A stretch of 64,000 nucleotides of DNA from Patescibacteria group bacterium (GTDB lineage: Bacteria; Patescibacteriota; Gracilibacteria; UBA1369; PNNO01): NCBI GenBank assembly GCA_042568575.1, contig JBHPIO010000001.1:162285-226284 (forward strand). Direction: 5' to 3'. The number at the start of each line of letters is the position of its first letter. Within the stretch, counting starts at the first letter, position 1. Both the position numbers and the translations under genes were made by a program. The notes beneath the pieces are model-generated. The model searched no databases, had not been told where the DNA came from, and worked only from the letters and a program-made list of their open reading frames with translations. Below are positions 20,644 through 32,289 of the stretch, in pieces.

Positions 20644-22527
20644 ATGAATTCAAATATAGGAAGTTTTTTCCGGAAAAAATCAGTTAAGATCATTATCGGC
20701 ATTATTGTCGTAGGATTGATAGCTTCGTATTTTTGGGGTGGAGAAGAAGAGAAAGAATACGTTCTTGCCCAAGCAACTAAAGGAGATATCATCCAATCAG
20801 TAAGTGTAACTGGAACAATCAAAGCAGACCCTTCTATGGATCTGCATTTTCAAAAATCTGGAAAAATTAACGAGATAACTGTTAAAGAAGGTGACAAAGT
20901 TGTAAGTGATCAACTTCTAGCATCACTTGAAAACGAAACACTTGAACTGGATGTAGAAAGAAAGCGCGCAAATCTTCAATATGCTAGAGCACTTTATAAT
21001 CAAACACAGGCAGGAGCGAAGTACGAGGAAATACTTATCGCGCAGGCTGATGTTCAAAGTGCACAGGCAGCTTACGATGCAGCACTAGTTGAAGCTGACA
21101 ATACTAAAGAAATCGGATGGCAGACCGTTGATTTAGCTGAACTTGAATATGAGGATGCACAAGATGAATATGACACAACGAAAGAGCTTGTTGAAAAAGA
21201 ACTTGCCAACCTTGAACTTACAGGCAACACATCTCAGTCAGTTGCTCTGGATAACGCATACAAAACAGCGGAGACACAATTGGACAACATATTCCCTACC
21301 CTCCAAGACAGCATTTATTTAGCTGAAGAAACTATCGGAGTTAGAGGAACAGGTTACATCCTTTTATCACAAACAAATAAGAATAATTTAGAAAGAACCT
21401 ACCACACCCCAGCAGACAATGATTACACAGCAGCTCTGGAAGCATATCAAGCTTTATCTGCAGATCCTTCTCAAGCAGAGGTTGATGATGTTATTGGTAA
21501 AACCTTAAAAGCAGCTAACAGCATATTACTACTTTTAACTCAGACAGGGTTCGAACTTGAGAAACTTCCATATGACAGAACTGACCTACAGAACTTAATA
21601 GTAGAGATATCAGCACAATCAACTGCTCTTTCAACAGTAACGCTGACACTTCAAGAATCACAGAATACGATTATAACTTTAAAGACTGGTTCATCACAGG
21701 ACATTGAAACTCTAACTCTATCGTATCAATTACAAATAGATGCTGCGGGAAGTAAACTTAACGCAGCAGAGAATGCTCTTGCACAAGCAAAACTTAATTC
21801 AGAAATATCAAATAAAAATGTTGACGCACTCGTTGCTTTGAAAAAGGCTGCTTTAGATACAGCGCTAGCAAATCTTGAACTCAGGAAATCTCCAGCAAGG
21901 ACAGTGGATCTCGCTCCCCTAGCAGCACAAATCACTCAGGCAGAAATTGATCTCAGAACTTCTGAAAAGAATTTCCGTGACGGCCAATTGTTTGCACCAA
22001 TCGATGCCGTTGTAAGTTTTATATACAGCGAAGTTGGTGAAAACATTTCATTAACAGAAACTTCATTAAGTCCTTTTATCACTCTTCACGCTGAAGGATT
22101 GCTTGTTGAGGCAAACGTACCTGAAACAGATATCGTAAAAATTAAATTGAAAGATTCCGTTGAAATGACTCTGGATGCATTCGATTTCACTGAAAAGTTC
22201 TATGGAGATGTTGTTGAGATAGATCCAGCTGAAACAGCTGTTCAGGGCGTTATCTACTATAAAATCAAATCTGCATTTACTGGCCAGGACGATAGAATTA
22301 AATCTGGTATGACAGTTAATCTGGAAATCGAAACTGATAAGAAGGAAGATGTCCTTCTAATTCCAATACGTGCCCTTAAATTTGAGGACAGCACTAAATA
22401 TGTTGAAGTCCTTAATAATGGAGGCCCAAAGAAAACTCAAATCACTACAGGTATCGAAAATGATCAATTTGTTGAAATCCTATCCGGCCTAAAAGAAGGT
22501 GACAAAGTAATCACGTTCGTTAAATAA
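20644..22527 (+). CDS. MacA/YknX-like membrane-fusion adaptor with extended coiled coil
   Basis: VSVTGTI, SGKINEITVKEGDKV, LFAPIDAVV, IKSGMTV, VEILSGLKEGDKVI. Confidence 0.9.
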   Translation: MNSNIGSFFRKKSVKIIIGIIVVGLIASYFWGGEEEKEYVLAQATKGDIIQSVSVTGTIKADPSMDLHFQKSGKINEITVKEGDKVVSDQLLASLENETLELDVERKRANLQYARALYNQTQAGAKYEEILIAQADVQSAQAAYDAALVEADNTKEIGWQTVDLAELEYEDAQDEYDTTKELVEKELANLELTGNTSQSVALDNAYKTAETQLDNIFPTLQDSIYLAEETIGVRGTGYILLSQTNKNNLERTYHTPADNDYTAALEAYQALSADPSQAEVDDVIGKTLKAANSILLLLTQTGFELEKLPYDRTDLQNLIVEISAQSTALSTVTLTLQESQNTIITLKTGSSQDIETLTLSYQLQIDAAGSKLNAAENALAQAKLNSEISNKNVDALVALKKAALDTALANLELRKSPARTVDLAPLAAQITQAEIDLRTSEKNFRDGQLFAPIDAVVSFIYSEVGENISLTETSLSPFITLHAEGLLVEANVPETDIVKIKLKDSVEMTLDAFDFTEKFYGDVVEIDPAETAVQGVIYYKIKSAFTGQDDRIKSGMTVNLEIETDKKEDVLLIPIRALKFEDSTKYVEVLNNGGPKKTQITTGIENDQFVEILSGLKEGDKVITFVK

Positions 22528-22547
22528 ATCATTAATAATAGTGCAGG

Positions 22548-23234
22548 ATGAAAAAAGAAGCGCTAATTTCTACGAAAAATCTTTCGAAAGATTATATAAC
22601 CGGCACCGTAGTTACCCAAGCACTCAAGGGTGTTGATTTCGAAGTACATGAAGGAGAGTTTATTGCAATTATGGGACACTCAGGAAGTGGCAAATCAACA
22701 TTAATGCATATTCTCGGATTCTTGGATGTACCAACTGCTGGCGACTATATTTTCGATGGTAAAAATACAAAGAAATTCGATGACGACAAACTTGCTGAAA
22801 TAAGAAATAAAAAAGTTGGATTCGTATTTCAGGCTTTTAATCTCCTGCCAAGAACTACAGCTATTGATAACGTGCGCCTTCCAATGATTTACGCTGGTGT
22901 TCCCGAAGAAGAGCAAATCAAAAGAGCAAAGAAGGCTCTGCATGACGTTGGACTTAGTGACAGGATGAATAATAAATCAAATGAGCTTTCGGGAGGTCAG
23001 CAGCAACGTGTCGCAATTGCGCGAGCTTTAATCAACAAACCAAGAATTATTTTTGCGGATGAGCCTACCGGAAATCTGGACAGTACTTCGAGTCGCGAAA
23101 TCATGGAAATTGTCGACAATCTTCACAAAGAAGGTCACACAATAATAATAGTAACTCACGAAGACAATATTGCCGCACACGCACAGCGAATAACAAAGAT
23201 GAAAGACGGGCTAACATTTAATGGACACTCATGA
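22548..23234 (+). CDS. MacB/LolD-type ABC ATP-binding protein
   Basis: [30 protein letters not shown]. Confidence 0.95.
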   Translation: MKKEALISTKNLSKDYITGTVVTQALKGVDFEVHEGEFIAIMGHSGSGKSTLMHILGFLDVPTAGDYIFDGKNTKKFDDDKLAEIRNKKVGFVFQAFNLLPRTTAIDNVRLPMIYAGVPEEEQIKRAKKALHDVGLSDRMNNKSNELSGGQQQRVAIARALINKPRIIFADEPTGNLDSTSSREIMEIVDNLHKEGHTIIIVTHEDNIAAHAQRITKMKDGLTFNGHS

Positions 23235-24463
23235 ACCACTGGTTAACTATAAAACTTGCAATAACCGGACTTCTTGCGAATAAGATGCGGGCATTTTTGA
23301 CCATTCTGGGAACTATAATAGGTGTATCTGCAATTATTGTAATCGTATCTGTCGGGAATGGCGCTGAATCATTAATAGTGAGTCAGGTTGAATCAATTGG
23401 ATCAAATTTAGTTGGTATACTGCCTGGTGGAAGCGATGAAGATGAGCCACCGGCTGCTTTAATGGGAATTGTAATCACAACACTCAAATATGAAGATATT
23501 GCGGCACTACGAGATATTCCAAATGTTGTTGAAGTTGCTGGCTATAATAAAGAAGTAGGAGAAGTTGTTTATAAAAATAATAAAACAGAAACCACGCTCA
23601 CAGGAACATTTTCTAGCTACCCGGTAGTTGAAGAGGCAGATCTTTCCGAAGGAAGATTTTTTAATGAAACGGAAGAACGGGGCATCGCAAAAGTTATTGT
23701 TCTTGGATCGCAAATAAAAAAGGATCTATTTGGAAGTAGAAGTCCTATTGGGGAATCAGTAAAAATCCAGAGTGTTTCATTTAAAGTTATTGGTGTGATG
23801 GAAGAACGGGGCGCAAGCGGCTTTTCAAATAATGATACGCTTGTGTTTATTCCTGTTAAGACAATGCACAAATTAATCCTGGGTGTTAATCACCTGGCGC
23901 TTGCGCGTGTCAAAGTAAATGACGATCAAAATGTGGAAGAGGTTATGGCAACTGTGGAAAATATTTTAAGAGGCAGGCACAGCATTGATGACCCTAAAGA
24001 TGACGACTTTACTGTAGCAAGTCAGGCGCAAAGTCTAGATACGGTGCAGAACATCACAGGAAGTATAAAAATTATGCTTACGGCAATTGCGTTTATCGCT
24101 CTTATTGTTGGAGGAATCGGAATTATGAATGTTATGTATATAGCCGTAACAGAACGTACAAGAGAGATCGGGCTGCGAAAAGCACTTGGAGCAAAACGAA
24201 AGGACATCCTGAGCCAATTCCTTGTAGAAGCAGTTTCAATCACAAGTATTGGAGGGGCTATCGGAATAATCATTGGGGTTCTATTTTCTGCACTGGTTGC
24301 GGCAACCATTCAGTATTTAGGTTACGACTGGGCGTTTATCGTGACCGGCGATTCGATAATAATAGCAAGTCTTGTTATAGCAGGTGTAGGAATTGTTTTT
24401 GGATACGGTCCTGCAAAAAAAGCTGCCGGCTTACCGGCAATCGAAGCATTAAGGTATGAATAA
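23231..24463 (+). CDS. MacB/FtsX-family ABC permease
   Basis: [40 protein letters not shown]. Confidence 0.95.
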   Translation: MNHWLTIKLAITGLLANKMRAFLTILGTIIGVSAIIVIVSVGNGAESLIVSQVESIGSNLVGILPGGSDEDEPPAALMGIVITTLKYEDIAALRDIPNVVEVAGYNKEVGEVVYKNNKTETTLTGTFSSYPVVEEADLSEGRFFNETEERGIAKVIVLGSQIKKDLFGSRSPIGESVKIQSVSFKVIGVMEERGASGFSNNDTLVFIPVKTMHKLILGVNHLALARVKVNDDQNVEEVMATVENILRGRHSIDDPKDDDFTVASQAQSLDTVQNITGSIKIMLTAIAFIALIVGGIGIMNVMYIAVTERTREIGLRKALGAKRKDILSQFLVEAVSITSIGGAIGIIIGVLFSALVAATIQYLGYDWAFIVTGDSIIIASLVIAGVGIVFGYGPAKKAAGLPAIEALRYE

Positions 24464-24468
24464 TATTT

Positions 24469-25731
24469 ATGTTTGATCTAAAGAAAATAAAATTAGCGAT
24501 TCAACTTGCAGTTCAAGGTCTAAAAACGAACAGACTTCGAACAATTTTAACGACTGTCGGGATTGTAATAGGCATTTCAACGGTAATTATCGTACTTGCT
24601 GCAGGAAGAGGCCTTGAAACATATATCATCAAGCAAATGGAAATTTTTGGTTCAGACACAATTGAGATTGAGATAAAGCTTCCAAGTACATCTGATGTTG
24701 AAATGATGTCAGCGATGATTGGAGGAGCAGAAGTTACCACACTTAAAAAGGAAGATTTTGAAGCCGTAAAAACTCTCGAAAATGTTGATGAATACTATGC
24801 GGCGATTCTTGGTGAATTTAAAACTGTATATAAGAATAAGAATGTCAGCGCCACAATTCTTGCCACAACTGCAGGAGAACCGGCAATAGAGCCTGATTTA
24901 AAAATGCAACAGGGAAGATTTTTTACAGAAAAAGAAGATAGAGCAGTTGCTAAAGTAGCAATACTTGGATCTGAAATTAAAGAAGATCTTTTTGGAGCCG
25001 AAGATGCAATCGGAAAGAATATCAAAATAAATCAGGTAAGTTTTAAAGTGATAGGTATAGCTGAATCACGCGGAGCAGCATTCTACTTCAGTTACGATAA
25101 AATGATTTACGTACCACTAAAAACTGCTCAGAAGCTCCTTTTGGGCATTGAGCATGTTCTTTATGGATTCGTTTCAGTCCACGATACTACACGCGTTAAA
25201 GAAACTGTTGCAGAAATGATCACCATAATGGAAAGAAGACACGGAATCCCTCCTGGGAATGAAAAGAAGCACGACTTTAGAGTTACAAGTATGCAAGAAG
25301 CAATGGAGATAATGGGAACTGTTACTTTTGCAATTACACTACTAGTACTCGGTGTCGCAGGCATATCCCTACTTGTTGGAGGTGTTGGAATTATGAACAT
25401 CATGTATTTAACAGTTTTAGAACGCACAAGAGAGATCGGACTACGAAAAGCATTAGGAGCACCAAACAGTTTAATCCAAGCTCAGTTCTTATATGAAGCA
25501 ATCATTATTACCGGCCTCGGTGGCCTTGTTGGAATAGCACTTGGATGGGTCATTGTTACTTTAATAGGCTTTGCTGCATCTCTTCAGGGATTTAATTTCG
25601 ATCTAGGAGTTAGTTTAGACGCAGTTTTAGTTGGCCTGGGAGCATCTCTATTCTTCGGAGTCATCTTCGGATTATATCCAGCTCGAAAAGCTGCATCACT
25701 TAGTCCTGTGGAAGCGCTTAGGTGGGAATAA
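24469..25731 (+). CDS. MacB/FtsX-family ABC permease (second paralogue)
   Basis: [33 protein letters not shown]. Confidence 0.95.
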   Translation: MFDLKKIKLAIQLAVQGLKTNRLRTILTTVGIVIGISTVIIVLAAGRGLETYIIKQMEIFGSDTIEIEIKLPSTSDVEMMSAMIGGAEVTTLKKEDFEAVKTLENVDEYYAAILGEFKTVYKNKNVSATILATTAGEPAIEPDLKMQQGRFFTEKEDRAVAKVAILGSEIKEDLFGAEDAIGKNIKINQVSFKVIGIAESRGAAFYFSYDKMIYVPLKTAQKLLLGIEHVLYGFVSVHDTTRVKETVAEMITIMERRHGIPPGNEKKHDFRVTSMQEAMEIMGTVTFAITLLVLGVAGISLLVGGVGIMNIMYLTVLERTREIGLRKALGAPNSLIQAQFLYEAIIITGLGGLVGIALGWVIVTLIGFAASLQGFNFDLGVSLDAVLVGLGASLFFGVIFGLYPARKAASLSPVEALRWE

Positions 25732-25733
25732 GC

Positions 25734-28700
25734 TTAAACAGCTTCATTTTTGTTCTCATTCAGCCAAATTACATCGCAGTCCTTCACTGAATATGAAGGT
25801 GAAAATGAAAATGCTTTTTCTGTATCAAATGAGAAATCTTGATCGACATCTTTTATGCGTTCATTCATGGCTCTTTCAAACTCCCCTCCTGTACGATTTG
25901 TACGAATTTGCTTATTTTTAGACATCAAAATCATATCTATGTTGTTATCCTCCGCGAATTGACCTAATTGATCAACCAAACCATTAAGTAACTGCCCCTC
26001 ATTTACTTTAAACAAATAAGTACTAGATGGATTTATTGAAGCTGTGAGGATTTTTTTTCCGCCCTCTTCGTAATGATGCAATAGAACTGCACCTTGGCAT
26101 GTTTTTGTTTCTTTATCTCTTAATACCATCTGAAAATACTCAGACATATTCCACTGACATTCTATCTTTGAAGGCTCATCTTCTTCACTCTTTGCTAGTT
26201 TTGCCGGATTATCCCCTGCTACACACACACCACCAACTTGCCTAGCATGTGCAGAAGTGTGATTCTTTGTTATAAAACATTCAAGCTTTCTTAATTGTTT
26301 GCCCTGTTGCTCCTCTTCTTTTGGCTGATATTTGGCAACCTCTCTATCAATAAAACCAAGTTCTTCTTCAAATATACTTTGAAACAATTGAGTTAAATAT
26401 TGATAAAATAGATTCTCATCATATTCACCTTTATCAACTGACTCTTGTGCTTCCAAATATTGTTCAAAATTCAATTCACCCAAATTTATTTCAGATGGAT
26501 CTACCTCTTGGCCAGTAAGTTGTTTAACAATAGAAGCAGCCTTCCTTCTCTCTCCCTGAATCATTCCAAGATATGCTCTTTCTTTTTTGCCAAGCTCTAT
26601 TTCTCCATACATTTCAGGATGATCTAACATTTCCTGCGTCACTAGTTTCACTTGCCCAATAGGTGTTCCTTTTCCTTTTAACATTCTTAATACCTTGCTT
26701 TTCAATGCACCTCGCCACCCTATTTCACTAGCTCGCATTTTATTCAATACAGCCTGACTTTTTTCTCTTTTATCTGAAGAGCTTAACTGTTTAAAATAAT
26801 CAGGAAGTATTTTAACAATATCTTCATTTTCATGTGCATCCTTTGCGACCTTCCTCTGTACCTCCTTTAGATGGTCAGCAAAAAACTCTCTTAGTTCTAG
26901 CATGTATGCATATTCAGGATTTTTTGCTTGTTCCGCCCTATCGCGAGTACCATCCAGGTATTCCCTAATACCCTGAAATTCAGCAAATTGATATGCAATT
27001 AAAAGTTCCTTTAACTCTTTAGGGTCCAAATCCCCTGTTAAGCTTTCTAAAAGCAAAGCAAATATCTTTTCTTCACGGGTATTAAACATCTCTTTATTTT
27101 TAGCACCTTGGAATCTCTTATCGATTTCTTCATCTAAAATTCTTCGCATTTCATCTTGTTTAAAATCAACCTCAGCAAATCTCCCCTGTATCCTAGCAAT
27201 TGGCCCTTGCAACCTATTTAATCCAGCCTCATCTTTTTTCTCCCCTTTTCTTAATTGCATTTCAACACCTTCGGCCAAATCAATCATATAAACATCTCGG
27301 ATTTTAAAATCCGAAAGATCATCCGACCTGTCCCTGCAACTTTCATTATTTTCGAAATTAGTCCAGTTTCCGGAATTATCCTGAAAAACATGGTTAACTA
27401 AGGCCTCATAGTGCTCCATTTCGGTAATATCCCCTGGTTGAGTATCGTTTGATATTAATGATTCAATATTTTGCTGAATAGCCTCTACAAATCCTCTTGC
27501 TGCCACTTCATTATCTGCTTTTTTGAAATCTGCATACCTCTCATAAATCTCTTTGTCAGCAATATTCAAATCTTTTCTGTAAGCTAATAAATGATGTTTT
27601 TTCTCCAATGACCTTAATGCTGTTTCAGGCACGACTTCCAAATTGTTTACCAAATTCATTACGCCACCTTCAGTAATTGAAGCTTCTATTGCTTCAGTTA
27701 AAACTTTTGTTTTTAATCCAACTTTTCTACTCACTTCCATCGCCGAAGAAACGCGCCCTTTTATAATTTCATATATTACCGTATTTTTACCCGCTTTTGT
27801 AATCCACCTTTCATTACTTTTCCTCTTCTTCAGAAGTTTTACATTCTCATCTTCTAATTTTGAAGTAATTCTTTTAGCATCATCTCTTTCATTAGCCGCA
27901 TCAAATAAACTGTTTTCAGCATCTGATATTAATTCCTCAGGAAATTCAACTTTTCGACTACTTGCGGATTGCACAAGCAAAGCTAAAGCATATTTATAAT
28001 TACCAATCAAAATCTTTAGAATATCTAAAGACCAACTATAAGATTCATAGTTTGCAAAATTCCGAATGAAATCTACACATGCATGCTCTTGTTTTCGATT
28101 ATTTTTTGCTACAAATTGCCAATATTCCTCTTCTTTCTTAAAGTCCTCAGGAATGTTTGCGTAATCAAGCCTTCCTAAATAGCCACTATTAAGCAACAGA
28201 CTTAATAATTTAACATAATCATCAGAATATTTTGCTACCCATAATTCAACTTTGAAACTATACAATTCATCTTTTGCCGCCAACTCTATAAGCAGATCAA
28301 TCAAGAAATAATCAACCACTTCAGGAAGGTTATCGTTTCTGTATACGCGCTTGACAATTTCTAAAAAGTCGCTTCGTTCAAATCCGTAGTTTTGCTCTAA
28401 TTCTTCCCGGCGACCTATAAGTTCCCATCCAAAATGTGAAGCATTTTTTACAATTACTAATTTCTGAAGCTTTTTAGGAAGTTTCTCAATTAATGGCTTG
28501 ATCGTTTCTAATGTAATTGAAGACGAAAAATTCGAAGTTGCAAGGACTTTCGAGATAACATCCTTATAATTTTCATTCTCAGTTGCAACCATTAAGCGCT
28601 CCAAAGAAGCAGTGGAGATTGGCAACAAACTGGATTGCTCGATTTCATCAAGAATTGCTAAATCGGCCTCAGCATCAAATAACAATAAATGTGTGATATT

Positions 28701-31700
28701 AAAATTTTGTTCTCTACCCCATTTATCCTTTTTAACTATGCCATGTAGTCTTTCCGCCACTTTTAATACTGATAAATATTGTTCGTCTCTCAAATATTCT
28801 ATAGCATTTACAGGATCGTGAATTAGGATATATGAAGGCAATTTCTTTAATTTTGCAATTACGTCTTCATCTAGGTTTTTACAAAAATTTGCAACTTGTT
28901 CATTTGTTCCAGATTTTATTAAATTATCGAAGTATCTTAATTCATGCTTAAATAATTCAATTAATAATTGAAAATTTTCACTTTTGGCAATAATAATTAA
29001 ACTTCTTATATGTTCAGGATTTTCACATGGTGGATAAGTTGTTTCACTTAGTAAACTTGATAAAAGTTCCAAGTTTTGCAGAGTATCAGAATCCAATTCA
29101 GCTATTTCTTTAGCAACTTCGGGAGAACTACTGCTACCAAATGCTTTCTCTCTTATTCCATATTCTAATGTTTTTTCTAAAGAGCCTGGTACACTCGATA
29201 ATTCCCCACGACTTCTAGTCTGCCACCACTTTGATCTACGTATTGCCGAAAACTTAACTCCATATAAATCCTCTAATTCATCGTCATTATAGGAGCCAAA
29301 ATCTTGATCTATTTGATTTTTGATCTCTTCAGCGGTCTTGCCTTGTTCTAAAAGCACCTTTATAAATCCGATAACTTCAATCGAAATACGACCACCTATT
29401 AATTCATGGAGTTCGCGTACTTCTTCATAATCCTCATGGTTAGTGTTCTCTACGAATTTAACTATATTTTTATACTCATACCCGTTGCTGTAATAAAAAT
29501 ATGAGGAAATTTTAGAAATTCTTCTGATATCAAGCTCATTACGTGAAGCTAAGTCTAAAGGCAATCCCGGATAAATCTCGACATGCTTAAACCCATCCAT
29601 AATATCATCATCCAATATTAATGGAGACTGTTCGTAAGCTGCCAACAGATCCTCATTTATCTTGAAATTATAATTCAGCTTAAAACCTCTCTCCTCTAAA
29701 GCGTAAACCTTCTCAGCGAGAGCAATATATTTTGATAAAAGACCTGGATCTTTGTAGGCATCGTCTGGAAATGAATACTTCCAGATGAGCGGATTTTCCA
29801 GAATTGTAATATCTAAGTCAAGCAAAACGTTTTGGAAATACTCTTTTTGCAAAAATAACTCTATTGCCTTCTTTGAATTTTTAATTTTAGCAAATTTTTC
29901 ATTACTTAAATACATAACTTTTTGCATTTCTTCTACATTCAATTTTCTTTTCAAAGTCGCTTCAGCACTAGCTATATTTGCATTTCCAACGTCTACATCC
30001 ACTTCAGATACATCATAATAAGAAGTCCATGGATTCATAACTGGTTTATTTAACAATGCCGAAATTTTGGCCCTTTTTTCCAGCTCTTCATCGCTATAAT
30101 CCATAAATTGCTCATAAAGAACATCTCTCAAACAAATTCCGGGAAATATTTGTGCCACTTTATTTGCTCTTTTAACAAACTCGTTTATATCAAAATCTGA
30201 CATCCAAAATTTATTTGCCTCAAACTTATCTCTATATAATTCTTGTTTAACATCCTCCGGCGAACCAAGATGATATGCACTAGAAAGCCCGGCATCATAC
30301 AATGCATTCATTTTATCGATACTTCTCATACCTGTACCCTCATCCAAATAATAATATAATGGCAAACATTCAGGTCTCTCCGACATCTTAATGATAGCTC
30401 CTGAAATAAAATGCTTTTTTGATTCATTTAGAAAATCCAGAACTTGTTTTGTATTCCCCCACTTCATAACTTCAAGTATTTCATATCGAAATCCATATTC
30501 GGAAAGTACAACACAGCGCTCTTTAATTTCCCTTGGAGATTTGGCTAAATACTCAATTGGATTGCCGCCTCCTTGTGATTTATGTTTGACAATTCGTCTT
30601 ATCAAATCAATTATTGCGCCTTCAACAATTTGCAGGTCTGCTTTATTGCTTCCATCACTGAATAAAGAACCATTCAAATAGGTATCTATTGCTTGAAACT
30701 CCACACCAGAAATAGTATAAAACACTTTCAGTAAAGGCTTCATTAAATCCGCATCATTAAAAAAGCATCTTTCCATCAAATCCGTAAAATCATAAATTTC
30801 CTGCATATTACCAACGCTCCTTGAATAAGGCTCGCATTCATTATCGCTGGTAAAACTCACTTTTTTTGCAACAAATTTACTCGAATTATCGGAAAATCGT
30901 TCCACTAGTTTATTTGCATTTTGTGATGCAACATTTTCTTTCCCTGCAATTTCAAAAAGATCAAATATTCTACTATCTGGATTGTTAAACAACTCTCTAT
31001 ATTTGGGTGTTTCTCGATAAAATAGCAATCCTTTTTTCCCCCTCTTCCATCTGATTGCAGAGAAATATCCACTTAATCTCTCAAAATTTGAAAAACTTAA
31101 AAGCATGTTTGAATTATTCACAAGACCGGCGTATTCAAAATAGTTTTGCATTTCAGTTGAATTTTCTATTTTATCAACTATTTCTTTATTTAAACCATGA
31201 TATCTTTCTGGCGCAAAATAATTAAAAAAATCATCCTTCATATCATCCGGAACTGCTTCAACATATTCTTTGAAACTTTTATACAATGAGTAGTGAGGAT
31301 GTAACCTTGAATTTCCCCAACTAGTTACTCTTAATTCTTTAGCATGATATCGAATATTTGTAGGTAGATTTTGATAGAATTTTAGAACTTCATCCATATC
31401 ACCTATATCCTTTTCTCTATCTCTTCCCCACCGCCCACCGGGAAACCAGCCGTTTAATTTATGTAATTCCTCGTCAGTGCATTCGTCCTGCAAACTAATA
31501 TTGTTAAGAGCCATTATCGCAAATAGAGAAACCGAATGAATTTTTAATCCTTCAATACTTTCCTTTTTCAGCCCTAAATCAGATAACTTAATGTAAACGT
31601 ATAGATGTGCCCAACCAATTTGAGAGGCACCTTTCTTTATAATGTCATAAACTTGATTTAGCGCTTTTGATCGCGCACTTTTATCAAACTCTTTTGCAAT

Positions 31701-32156
31701 TCTCAAAATAAATTCCTTGTCTGCTTGAGTATAAGTGGGCAAATAACCAATAAAGTCCTTAAATTCAAAAATCATTTCAGCAACATCACCCGCATTCGGT
31801 TCTTTCGAAATATCATCCCAAAGCTTTTGTTCTGCTTCAATTTCCGTTCCTGATATACCTAAAAGTTCTTTATATTTTTGAATAATTTCATTAGTAATCT
31901 CATATGCTGCCTGTTCATGCGAACCTTCAAAAATCTTTTGCAAACGAACAGAGGTTTTTATTGTATCAATAATGTCTTCCGGCGACACCCCACTTTTAAT
32001 TTTTGCTAATTTCTCAAAAAGTTTTATTGCATTATTTTTTCTAATACTTTCAATAACATCTGTAGGAATCTCCCCTGTTTCATCCAAATACGACAGAAAT
32101 TCCTCCTTTCGAAAGTCATTAACATCGTTTGATTTTCTGTCCGGCTTTTTTGACAC
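25734..32156 (-). CDS. Giant hypothetical protein (about 2140 aa)
   Basis: 6.4-kb open frame; start placed at GTG 32156, downstream of TTGCTT-N17-TATAAT (32210-32182). Confidence 0.85.
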   Translation of the reverse strand: MSKKPDRKSNDVNDFRKEEFLSYLDETGEIPTDVIESIRKNNAIKLFEKLAKIKSGVSPEDIIDTIKTSVRLQKIFEGSHEQAAYEITNEIIQKYKELLGISGTEIEAEQKLWDDISKEPNAGDVAEMIFEFKDFIGYLPTYTQADKEFILRIAKEFDKSARSKALNQVYDIIKKGASQIGWAHLYVYIKLSDLGLKKESIEGLKIHSVSLFAIMALNNISLQDECTDEELHKLNGWFPGGRWGRDREKDIGDMDEVLKFYQNLPTNIRYHAKELRVTSWGNSRLHPHYSLYKSFKEYVEAVPDDMKDDFFNYFAPERYHGLNKEIVDKIENSTEMQNYFEYAGLVNNSNMLLSFSNFERLSGYFSAIRWKRGKKGLLFYRETPKYRELFNNPDSRIFDLFEIAGKENVASQNANKLVERFSDNSSKFVAKKVSFTSDNECEPYSRSVGNMQEIYDFTDLMERCFFNDADLMKPLLKVFYTISGVEFQAIDTYLNGSLFSDGSNKADLQIVEGAIIDLIRRIVKHKSQGGGNPIEYLAKSPREIKERCVVLSEYGFRYEILEVMKWGNTKQVLDFLNESKKHFISGAIIKMSERPECLPLYYYLDEGTGMRSIDKMNALYDAGLSSAYHLGSPEDVKQELYRDKFEANKFWMSDFDINEFVKRANKVAQIFPGICLRDVLYEQFMDYSDEELEKRAKISALLNKPVMNPWTSYYDVSEVDVDVGNANIASAEATLKRKLNVEEMQKVMYLSNEKFAKIKNSKKAIELFLQKEYFQNVLLDLDITILENPLIWKYSFPDDAYKDPGLLSKYIALAEKVYALEERGFKLNYNFKINEDLLAAYEQSPLILDDDIMDGFKHVEIYPGLPLDLASRNELDIRRISKISSYFYYSNGYEYKNIVKFVENTNHEDYEEVRELHELIGGRISIEVIGFIKVLLEQGKTAEEIKNQIDQDFGSYNDDELEDLYGVKFSAIRRSKWWQTRSRGELSSVPGSLEKTLEYGIREKAFGSSSSPEVAKEIAELDSDTLQNLELLSSLLSETTYPPCENPEHIRSLIIIAKSENFQLLIELFKHELRYFDNLIKSGTNEQVANFCKNLDEDVIAKLKKLPSYILIHDPVNAIEYLRDEQYLSVLKVAERLHGIVKKDKWGREQNFNITHLLLFDAEADLAILDEIEQSSLLPISTASLERLMVATENENYKDVISKVLATSNFSSSITLETIKPLIEKLPKKLQKLVIVKNASHFGWELIGRREELEQNYGFERSDFLEIVKRVYRNDNLPEVVDYFLIDLLIELAAKDELYSFKVELWVAKYSDDYVKLLSLLLNSGYLGRLDYANIPEDFKKEEEYWQFVAKNNRKQEHACVDFIRNFANYESYSWSLDILKILIGNYKYALALLVQSASSRKVEFPEELISDAENSLFDAANERDDAKRITSKLEDENVKLLKKRKSNERWITKAGKNTVIYEIIKGRVSSAMEVSRKVGLKTKVLTEAIEASITEGGVMNLVNNLEVVPETALRSLEKKHHLLAYRKDLNIADKEIYERYADFKKADNEVAARGFVEAIQQNIESLISNDTQPGDITEMEHYEALVNHVFQDNSGNWTNFENNESCRDRSDDLSDFKIRDVYMIDLAEGVEMQLRKGEKKDEAGLNRLQGPIARIQGRFAEVDFKQDEMRRILDEEIDKRFQGAKNKEMFNTREEKIFALLLESLTGDLDPKELKELLIAYQFAEFQGIREYLDGTRDRAEQAKNPEYAYMLELREFFADHLKEVQRKVAKDAHENEDIVKILPDYFKQLSSSDKREKSQAVLNKMRASEIGWRGALKSKVLRMLKGKGTPIGQVKLVTQEMLDHPEMYGEIELGKKERAYLGMIQGERRKAASIVKQLTGQEVDPSEINLGELNFEQYLEAQESVDKGEYDENLFYQYLTQLFQSIFEEELGFIDREVAKYQPKEEEQQGKQLRKLECFITKNHTSAHARQVGGVCVAGDNPAKLAKSEEDEPSKIECQWNMSEYFQMVLRDKETKTCQGAVLLHHYEEGGKKILTASINPSSTYLFKVNEGQLLNGLVDQLGQFAEDNNIDMILMSKNKQIRTNRTGGEFERAMNERIKDVDQDFSFDTEKAFSFSPSYSVKDCDVIWLNENKNEAV

Positions 32157-32289
32157 TTTTATATTTGTTTTAAATCTGAATATTATACAGCAAAAAGCCA
32201 AAAAAAGCAATTCTATAGCAAAAAAGAAAACTATGAAAAGGAATACTTTTCGAAAGGACACCTCACTGTTTCCATTCAAGCTTCTCTTC

